Shown piece after piece: positions 13,652-23,630 of a stretch of 64,000 bases of DNA. Every line of letters begins with the position of its first letter. Within the stretch, counting starts at the first letter, position 1. Under the pieces are notes generated by a model, which was given only the letters and a program-made list of their open reading frames with translations, ran no database searches and was not told the DNA's origin. The stretch is from contig NW_003314322.1 of assembly GCF_000143415.4 (NCBI RefSeq), positions 308,408-372,407 of the forward strand, given 5' to 3'. Source of the DNA: Selaginella moellendorffii. Taxonomy: Eukaryota > Plantae > Lycopodiophyta. A program made the translations under genes and the position numbers.

Positions 13652-15599
13652 CTGAAATGAAATGCGTTAGCATAAAAAATGGTACAAGTCAATTTTACCA
13701 TCTACAATATTAGCGAATGGTGCTCCCGATGGTCGTTCAGAGGGTTTTGGTCGAGGAAACGTGAAGGGCGGAAATACTCTCCTCTGCAATGTGGGGTCAA
13801 TCGCATCCGATGGCGTGTGGGCACATGCCATTTCAGCTGTAGACTCTAGTACAACTGGCTCAACAGTGGCATGGGGTGGTTCCGATGGCGTGTGATCACA
13901 CGCCATTTCAGCTGGTGCCTCCGTTGGCAAAGTGGACATGACCGAACAGGCAGCAGGGGCGGTGTAGGGAGGTTCCAACGGCGCGTAGTCAGACGATTGG
14001 GCACACGTTGAGTCCGTTGGAAATGAGGATACGACCGGCTCGGCGGCTGGGGCGGCCTCATGCGGGTCCAATGGCGCCTGGTCACCGTCAGTTGGATACG
14101 TGGACAAGATTGACTCAGTGGTATGGGCAGCATCAAGTGGAGCGTGGTCAGCTTGCTTGGCGTTGATATGGATAGTAGCCTCCACCAGCTCTAATGACTC
14201 TTGCAGGCAAGTAGAGTCCACTGGCGGATCCATATGCATGTCCAAATATCTCCCTTCGATTGAGATGGTATCCTCCCGTGCTACTAAAAACAAACTCATT
14301 AGCACATTGAATCGACTATACTGTATTTACCATCAACTGCTATTGAGGAACTAGGACCGATATCACTTGGGCGCATTGCTGATTCTGAAGGATTGGACAT
14401 ACGTTTCGACCCTTGCTTGGCACTATCCTTCCTCGACACTAAAGGCTAGAGTTTGTATCTTAATTCAACTGAATAATCTCTACTTACCATTTCTTCTGCG
14501 ACCTACATGGACAATGTTAGAAATGGTAAAAGGTTAGGAATGGATGTACTATTATTTACCTGATGGTTTGTCTTGTATGACCTTCCTCCGCTGCTCTTTG
14601 GCCACCTCAGGCTGGCCATCATCGTCATCATCGTCATCGTCGTTATTGTGATCGTCACCATTGTGAGGACCATCCAAGTCCTCTTCGTCCTCCTCTTCTT
14701 CGTCCTCCTCTTCTTCGTCCTCCTCTTCGTCCTTCTGCTCTTCCTGCTCATTATCTTTCTCTGGCTCCTCATCCCCCTCTTGCATTTCTTCCATAGGCTG
14801 CTCAGGCTGGATTGCTTGTTTTTCCAGGACCATCTTGGAAAAATCATCTGGCCGAGTCTCCATCTCAAAATACAAGACATCCATAGCCTGTTTTAGTGCG
14901 TGACCTAGGACCGTATCCTCACCCGACTATCTTAACATGGTTTCTGCACGTTCTTGCACCCTTCGAAGACGACGAGATGAGAAAAACGTGGCCCTGACTT
15001 GAAAAGCATCCCTCATCCATTGTACCTCTCCATTGAGATTGGGGAAGGGGAGTCCGCCATAGGAATCTGAGTCAGAAGGTGGTGACTGGCTCCTTTCACT
15101 CAACCCTTGATCTGCAATGAATGGCATGAGCACACACGCCATAACCGCGAGGCATTACCTATCATCTTTTCGTTGCCCTTCTTCCTTTTCGAATCAAACG
15201 CCTCTGATCCCGACGACTGTCCAACGTGCTTTCGCTTTTTATGACCACTGTCAGTTTGAGCTTGGCTGGTGCTTGCCTGTTTTGCCTTTGAAGAAGTGTC
15301 TCCTGCAAGGAATGGCATGAGACCACACGCCATTGCAAATATAATTTGTACCTCCTTTTTTCCTATTGCTTGTCTGTTTGTCCTTCTTCGACGCGCCACC
15401 AGTGCGCTTTTCAGTCCTCGTGTCTGAATATTCACAACGATCTATAATCAAAATGGCGTGAGGCCTCACGTGACCTTGTGCAGGTTGTGACCTCGGCCTA
15501 ACATCAGTAGCTGTTAACGCCGTTTCAGCATCTGGGGGTGGCCACGCTCCTGCATACAGAGCTTGTGAGATAACATTTAAACTTAAAGTGCGTACTCAC

Positions 15600-17906
15600 C
15601 AGGTTCGTAGAGAAGATACTGTTTTTCTTTGGCAACTGTAATTATATGCTCCATTGAAGTCACCTCTTCAATGGAGTTTGTCACCGCAACACACGGGACA
15701 CCCTTGAGTAGTGCGGCTGGAAAGAATAGTCCGCCGCAGTTGTACTCGACAACGCATTTGCCCTTGGAGTCACCCGCTATTGCGTTGAAGACCCAGCTGA
15801 GCATTTCCCATGCTGCACCTGGAGCTTTCTTTGGATTCGAAAGCTCCATAGCCGTCTTCAGTTCCTCAGGCACGGGTAAATTGACCTCCCTCAGATCAAT
15901 TCGATCGGCTTTGTTGAACGAAGCTGGGAAGTCACTCCAGTCCCACTCTGCTGCAGGACCAATAACAAGGGCGACTGTGAAGATGCGGACATTCGTCGGT
16001 ATCTTCTTCTTAGCCATTATCCCATGGATCTCCCGCATCTCCTTGCCTTTCAACCGAGCCTTCACCTCGTTCAAGGCCTTCCAGAACTTGTGATAGGATT
16101 CGGAGTCGTAGATCATATAGTGGACTGAAGATTCCACCTCCGCAAGTCCCACCATTAAGTCAATGATGGAGCTGACTTCGTCTGCATGAGTGATCTCCTC
16201 GTTTGTGAAGTCCATCACACAAAAGATGTTCTTGACCTGCTCATCTCCGCGGGAAACGATGCTCCTCCACCTTTGATCCTCATCCGAATTCACGTATACC
16301 CGGTAAGGTTCTCGATAGGCCTCTGCTGCGGGGTCGAGCTGTTTCTGAAGCCGGCGGTCGACATCCCTCTTAATGAAATTTGGATACTGATCCAACTTCT
16401 CAGCTTTACTTTTCGTGGCATCCCGCAGCAGATCGATGAACTTGGGGGCCCCCTTCACGTACTCGTCGATGTCTTCATTTGACAAGTCCAGCTCTTCCAT
16501 CATCTCTTGCGTGGTGTCGATGCTCACCCTCGCCACGGCCACTTGCTCGAAGATCCAATCCTTCAATAGCGCACGAGCTCTCAGAGTCGTGCACAAGTCC
16601 TCGTATGTCACAATATGGCCGGGAGTCATTTTGGTCTTGTTGAAGACTACCTCACCAAGTAGAAGAGCATTAGCCACTGTCAGAAGGTCGTCGTCGTCTA
16701 GAGACCGCGAGAAACGCAAGGCGTTGAGCTTCAAATCATTGGGCTTCCGGCCATCCTCCACACCCATTGAGTTTAGCAACTCCCCGTCATGGTACCTCCT
16801 TAGCACATCTACCCATTTGTCAAAAACAACTTTTGTCGCGAGTAGAATGTTATGGATGCTGAGTGTGTCATTGACCCCCAGTGTTTTCGAGAGAAGACTC
16901 GAGAATTCCTGCAATGGAAATGGCGTGAGGCCACATGCTATGCCACATGCAACGAGGCTTACCTGCCAGGCGCTAGTTGCTAGTGCACGTCCTTGTCCTG
17001 GTTTTTGTGGCTTCTTCAGTTGAACCCAGAGCTTCCGTGTTCGTGCCAATGTCTCGTGCAGACCCGATTTGTAGCATGTTTCTTGCTTGACATTCTGCGC
17101 ATGGGAGATGTATATGATAGATCGGAGGGGCGAGTTGCCTTTTATCAGGCGGACAACTCTTGTCTTGAAGACTTTCTTCACCTCCTCGCCCACCATAATA
17201 TCCACAACTATCTGTTGCATCGCCAAGCTAGAATGCTGCCCGGAGACGGCATAGAACCGGATGTTCTGATCGTCCAACACCTTCCTATTGATCAAGTCTG
17301 GAAACCTCGTCTCGCCCTTCATTGTTCGGTAGTAGGGGATCACGTCTGCGATGTCGGGTGTTACTGGACTTGCCAGCATCTTCTGCTTCAGTTTCTCCAC
17401 CCACTCATCAGATACTAGCCTGTGGTTGTATTTGCTTTGGATCTCGATACGGCTCACGTCGATTGTATATACTTTGTTCGAATAGTAACAAGTACTATTA
17501 TCTGCGACGATTTTTGCTGCCTCTTCTTGCTCTTTCTGCTCTTTGCGGCTCTTCTTTTTGGTGGGTGTAGTGTTCGAACCCGAGGCAATGGCATCACCGA
17601 GTAGCTTCTTTTTTGGAGCAGCAGAGTCGGACGTCGGCTTGAGCTTGACCACCCTTTTCTGCTTCGGGGTAGTTTCCAGATCGACCCCCTTCCCCTTCGC
17701 TTCGCAAACTGGAGGCACTCTCAACGGCTCAATGTTGGAATATAGTTTTTGAACATCGCCGTAGGTGAGGTCCGTGGATTCCATGTGATCTTCATAGACC
17801 CGCAGCGTCTTTGAAATTGTGGGCCTCCTGGACAACCTCTCCCTAGCTCCCTCTAGGAATTCCTCATAGCCGCTGCCCCCCTCCGGGAAGCCGCTAGGAT
17901 GTGCAA
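15600..17906 (-). CDS. Large exons encoding a ParB/Srx-like domain and a degenerate amino-methyltransferase-like C-terminal region
   Basis: VYTIDVSRI..HRLVSDEWVEKLKQKM..FYAVSGQHSSLAM (ParB/DGQHR-like); KKAPG..MLSWVF..CVVEYNCGG.FFPAALLKGVPCVAV resembles motifs X-I-II of N6/N4 MTases. Confidence 0.6.
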
Positions 17907-17911
17907 GGTGG

Positions 17912-20102
17912 TGTGAGACACAAAATCCCTAGGCCCCAAAGTGGAGCCGGAAGGGCGCCACATGGTAGTGGCCGAAGCGAGAGCCAAACGAGTGTAACAC
18001 GTTTGGACCAAAAGCTCCGACTTGAAAAGTCAAGAGCGGGAGTGGAACTCCCAACGAAGTGCTCGAGGAATGAGCACGAAGCGAGCAAAAAGTGAGGCTC
18101 CAAAAAGGGACCCAAAAGGACCAACACATGACACGTGGAAGTGTCCGAGATGGACTCGAGTTGGAGTCCGAAGTGGAGTCCGAGATGGACCCGAGTTGGA
18201 GTCCGAAGTGGAGTCCGAGATGGACCCGAGTTGGAGTCCGAAGTGGAGTCCGAGATGGACCCGAGTTGGAGTCCGAAGTGGAGTCCGAGATGGACCCGAG
18301 ATGGAGTCCGAGAAGGAGTCCGAAGTGGAGTCCGAGGTGGACCCGAGATGGACCCGAGTTGGAGTCCGAAGTGGAGTCCGAGGTGGACCCGAGATGGAGT
18401 CCGAGATGGAGTCCGAGATGGACCCGAGATGGAGTCCGAGATGGAGTCCGAGATGGACCTGAGATGGACCCGAGATGGAGTCCGAGATGGAGTCCGAGAT
18501 GGAGTCCGAGATGGAGTCCGAAGTCGAGACCGAGACCGGGACCGGGACCGAGATCGAGACCGAGACCGAGATCGGGACCGAGACCGAGACCGAGGCCGAG
18601 GCCGAGGCCGAGCCCGAGGCCGAGTCCGAGTCCGAGTCCGAGTCCGAGTCCGAGTCCGAGTCCGAGTCCGAGATGGACCCGAGATGGAGTCCGAGATGGA
18701 GTCCGAGATGGAGTCCGAAGTCGAGACCGAGACCGGGACCGGGACCGAGATCGAGACCGAGACCGAGATCGGGACCGAGACCGAGACCGAGGCCGAGGCC
18801 GAGGCCGAGCCCGAGTCCGAGTCCGAGTCCGAGTCCGAGTCCGAGTCCGAATCCGAGTCCGAGATGGACCCGAGATGGAGTCCGAGATGGAGTCCGAGAT
18901 GGACCTGAGATGGACCCGAGATGGAGTCCGAGATGGAGTCCGAGATGGAGTCCGAGATGGAGTCCGAAGTCGAGACCGAGACCGGGACCGGGACCGAGAT
19001 CGAGACCGAGACCGAGATCGGGACCGAGACCGAGACCGAGGCCGAGGCCGAGGCCGAGCCCGAGCCCGAGTCCGAGTCCGAGTCCGAGTCCGAGTCCGGA
19101 GCCTGAGAGGGTGAAAGCCCAAAGCGTTCGTCTCCCAGACCCTGGGGGGTTTGGTGAGCTCCAAAAGTATAGTAGGGGGAGGACTGCAGTGGAGCCAGTT
19201 TGGCCAGGAAAGGCCAGTTTGGCCCAGGAAGGCCGGACCCAGTGTTGGGTGATGAGCTGCCCACTGGGAAGTCCAAGACTAGAGTGAACACGGACCGACA
19301 AGCGGGGTAGCTTGGTGAAGTGTTCAAGAGCCGGCTCTAGTTCCCCCGGGAGATCGACTGGCCGATGCTCCCAGTCCAAGTGTGGGTGGCACTACCTACT
19401 TGGATACCAGGCGTGGCTCAACGGAACCTCGCTCTAAGCCCATGGCTAGAGCACCCAAGGGCAGAAGGCGAGGAGAGTACCCAGGTGGCTCGCGTAAGGC
19501 CACGGTGTTCCGAAATGTTGTCCCAAAGGCCCAGACTGTGGAAAGGAAGAGGAGCAGTCCTCTGGGGTAGTGACCAAGGACACAGTCGTGTGGTGAGGAA
19601 GTCCCAGAGGACCGTGGGACTTAGTGGTCGGGCCTGTGGGTCTCGATCCAGTGGCAGTGTTGGCAAACACGGCCAAGGGCAGAAAGGGACTTAGTGGGGA
19701 TTGACAGAGGGATATTGGGGAAGGCTATTCCCCTTGTCGGTGGGCATCCTAAGGATGCTAAGGAGTGGATCTGAGATGACCACTCACGGATGGTTTGCCT
19801 AGTCTTGGAGAGCCAAGACGGTGATGCAAGTGGTATTGGACTACCAGTGTGGCAAAGGTGATTGGGCATGGCCTTAGCGTAACGGGCTGCTATGTCGGTG
19901 GTACCTCTGAGTGTCGGTCATGGGATCGGACACGTGGAGCACTTGGACCAAGTGCAAATGTTAAGTGGCATGGATGCTATTCTCGGGGCTAGCAAGTCCC
20001 AAGTCCTGGATTGGACTTATGGAGGTTGTGAATGAGACTCCTCCAAGTGGTCAGAGGTGTGGTTAAGTGACTAAAGTAGAATGGAAAATTTAGTCGCTTA
20101 CA
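17912..20102 (+). mobile_element. Family-A solo LTR inserted in the cargo gene
   Basis: TG...CA termini; perfect 5-bp TSD GGTGG (17907-17911 / 20103-20107); empty site in copy 2 at ~46718-46722. Confidence 0.93.
18143..19100 (+). repeat. Hexamer-mosaic tandem array (GAGTCC/GAGATG/GACCC/GAGACC/GAGGCC) with higher-order units, inside LTR A
   Basis: Direct inspection; shorter version at 36595-36970 on the reverse strand. Confidence 0.95.
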
Positions 20103-22176
20103 GGTGGATCTTGAAGGCGGACGCTGTCTCTACCACAAGTGCCAGTCCATATTCTTGCATGGAACTGCATGGAGTGTCTGTCACTTGGATGAGGATCCCC
20201 ATGCATTCTTTTCTCCCACCATCTGTGTTGTACAGCATCAGATCCTCGCCTTCCATCCCGAAAGTCCAACTGGTGAGCTCCTCCCCCTTCTCTGCATCCA
20301 CATTGACAGTGGCTGGAAGAAGAACGCAATTCCTCGCCTGTTCAAAAATGCACAACAATTAGAGCTGACAGATGAAAAGCTAGCAGCTGGAAATAACGTG
20401 AGGCCACACGCCATTCACCACTGCATCAGATGTCTTGAGGCTGCATCCTAAGATGGCGTGAGGCTACACGCCATCTGTAACCGGACTGCACTCGAGAGCC
20501 CAATCGGTGCATGCCAATGTTGCTACTGAATGGCATGTGGCCTCATGCCATTTTCTACTTCGTCTAAAAGACTTACCATTTGAAGCCGAATGGAGGCCGT
20601 GACAATCGAGGCCGGACTCGCTGGCGAATGTGCACTGTGTGTGCAGCGGATCGTAGCAGCAAGGCTACTCTGCCACTTACAATTGGAGAGTGGTGCTGAA
20701 ATCTCCCGGGACGCCAAGTGGGCTGAGTGTGGGTGGTGGAGTGGGCGGCGGAGTTGGCGGCGAAGTTACAAACTGGGTGTGTCTTGAAGTGGACGCCGAT
20801 GCACACGAGCGCGATGCGAGCGCGAGTGTGATGCAAGCGCGAGTGGACGCCGATGCACACGAGAAACCTGTAGAGAAGTGAGCGTGATCGCGAGTGGGAG
20901 CGCGATGCGAGCGGGAGCGCGAGTGTGATGCGAGCGCGAGCGCGAGTGTGCGAGTGCGAGTACAAAGAAAAATGCAAAACCTAACCTCACACGCGCGAAA
21001 TGTCACAACGGTTGGTAATCCCGCCACGTCATCATTCCTCGGACTTGGGCGCCACCATTAATTTCTGGATTGCCGCGCGCATGCAAGCACGCAAAATCCA
21101 AAAGAAATCCGCAACATCATCATTCCTCGGACTGCATGCACGCGAAATCCAAAAGAAAGATCATGATTGGGATATCATTTAATACCCTCGCTATATTTAT
21201 ACCATGCATGATTGGATATTCCAAAGCATCTTGTATTTCCAAAAATGGCAGATGTTCAGCTAAATAAAGAAATTCTATCTGTTTCTATTTTTCTCTCAAA
21301 TCAATATTATAGCGTGTGGGCTCATGCAATTTTGAACCAAAGAAACCCAAAAAACGTTGGACCCAAAATATTTTGAAAAAACCCAAAAAACCCTAAACAT
21401 TTTAAACCCAAAAATCCAGGCGTCCTGTGGCGTTATTCCTTGAATGGCGTGTGGGCGCATGCCATTTTCAGGGCCAAATGCTGAATGGAGAAAAATTCCC
21501 TTTCAGTGCAAATGCTGCAAGAGGCAGATGCCGAGCACAAAGGACTGTAACTACCTCACATGACACAGATAAACTTTTCTCTATTTGGCAAAGATAAACT
21601 TTATAGCGTGTGGGCTCATGCAATTTTGAACCCAAAAAATGCACCAAAAAATTCTCGGCGTCATCTGGCATTATCTCTTGAATGGCGTGGGGCCGCATGC
21701 CATTTTCAGGGGCACATAGGAGTATATTCCTAGGATATTCTGACACGCGCGAGATTTTTTTGAGTTTTCTGGAGATCCAACCGTTAGATCGCAACTAGAT
21801 TTTACAGAATGGTATACAATGTCTTTCTTGATGACCCTGCAAAGAAGCATCTCAATCGGACACCACATGAGACCACACGAGCCTTACAATGTTTCAGGGG
21901 CATTTGCCATAGATCCGACCGTTATTTTGCTCCAAGATTTTACAGTTTGGTGTGCATTGACCTTTCCATCGAAACTGCAAAGGGACATCACAATCAGATG
22001 CGGGATCACAAGAAACTAACTTCACTAACTCTGGTTTCACCAAGATCTACGTAAGGAGTTATGAAATGAAAGGACCCTCTCTATTGAAATGTGTTTATGG
22101 TCCTAGGGGCATTGTGACATATCAAAGGATTTTGCATCAAGTTCTGTATTTGCATGTTTATCAAGCTACTGAATTG

Positions 22177-22210
22177 CTAAACCCTAAACCCTAAACCCTA
22201 AACCCTAAAC
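22177..22210 (+). repeat. Interstitial plant-type telomeric repeat (CCCTAAA)4 / telo-box cluster
   Basis: CTAAA(CCCTAAA)4C; three units at 48769-48795 in copy 2. Confidence 0.9.
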
Positions 22211-23630
22211 ATGTGGCAAATGCTGCGTGAAGAAAGATGCCCTTTCTGGGCAAATGCTGTAAGAGGCAGATGCCGAGCAGATGTATCTCAGGCTAGCGAA
22301 GGGGACGAACGAAAGCTAGCTATAAACATGACGGGATGCAAATAGATTACTAGGCTGGTCCTACGAAAATCAAAAACCATAATTGAAAACATTGAAAATG
22401 CAAAAAGAAAGGTTTATAATATTTTTGAATTTTAGGCAACCAAAGGAATGTAAGTAGGGCATGTGTTTGTAAGTTTAAAAATGCCTCAACCACTTAAATT
22501 CCCAAGTAAATAAAGTTGTTTGTATTTTTGGTACAGGTAAACTTTATAGCGTGTGGGCTCATGCAATTTTGAACCCAAAAATGCACCAAAAAATGCTCGA
22601 CTAGCATTATTCTTTGAATGGCGTGTGGCCTTATGTCGAGCATTATTCTTTGAATGGCGTGTGGCCTTATATTGCCATAAATGGACGTACACACACAGCG
22701 TAATTATTCCTTTACACGGCGAATAATCTTGGCGCGGATCGCTGACATGGCATGGCAAAGTTCGAATCACTGACATGGCACAGCTGGATCGAGGCAAGGA
22801 CATGATGTGACAAAGTTCAACCTCCGACAGCAAAGTCTAGAAGCTACTCAGTTTGAAATTTGTCAGAGGAATCATAAGATCTGGTTTGTCAGAGGATTTG
22901 ATGTGACGTTCAAGCGTGTGTTATTTTTGAATTCTCGAACTCATTCCTAGGTCTATCATTTTTGTGCGCCGTGTTCTTGGTTCCGCTGAGCGCAGTGAGC
23001 GCTGCTTGTGTAAGCGGCGTTGTGGGCTGTGGTTTATGTGTCTACGAGCGGTTGCGGCATTGCGAGCGCCATTGCGAGCGGCAGTTTATGCGAGTGGCAG
23101 TTTGTGCGAGCGGCGCTACGAGCAGTTGCGGTGTTGCGAGCGGCGCTACGAGTAGTTGCGGTGTTGCGAGCGGCACTGTCTTTGGTGTGGCTACCGCTTC
23201 CTCTTGATATTCGGCACTTGTGCTTCCTGGTATGTTCACCATGGAATGGCTTAGGACCACATTTAGAAATGGCATGAGGCCACATGCCATCTTGGGCCCT
23301 TGCAATTTCATGGCTACCTAATTGTAATGTATGTTTTTATTTGCGTGCAGCTGTGTGTATATCAAGATGCCATGAGGCCATATGCCATCTTTGGCCCCTA
23401 CAGGCTAGCAGGGGCCAAAGATAGCGTGAGGCCTCATGCCATTAGTGGTACCACTAATGGCATGAGGGCTCATGCCAATTTTGTGAATGCGAAATTTCAC
23501 GTGGGTGTCAATAGCATGTTTGAATAATGGCATGTGGCCTCATGCTATTGAGGTTGTTTGGTATGTTATGATTTAGGCCATTCTCCAATCATTTTTTGTA
23601 TGGTCTTAACTTCTTTTCTGCACTTTCAGA

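Larger units (their letters stand above)
12789..20579 (-). pseudogene. Spliced cargo gene, copy 1: ParB/Srx-like + MTase-like fold + acidic linker + FCP1/NIF HAD phosphatase; disrupted by a solo LTR, a 94-bp deletion at 14978 and a stop at 14927
   Basis: Phase-consistent GT-AG introns at 20338-20576, 16909-16962, 15550-15599, 15424-15474, 15303-15351, 15112-15158, 14503-14559, 14439-14487, 14284-14330 and 13652-13698, plus one intron whose donor is lost in the 94-bp deletion. Confidence 0.75.

Noticed and set aside
12789-13673. FCP1-like ORF as a stand-alone host gene starting at 13673
   Set aside because: It lies within the TIRs in both copies, and its apparent start codon falls inside a predicted 47-nt intron
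17894-19379. Long ORFs in nearly all frames (up to 477 aa; RS/SD/LG-rich)
   Set aside because: Artefacts of the stop-free hexamer satellite inside a solo LTR; the same applies to 36263-37091
22177-22210. True telomere or chromosome-healing site
   Set aside because: Only 3-4 units, at the same internal position in both transposon copies
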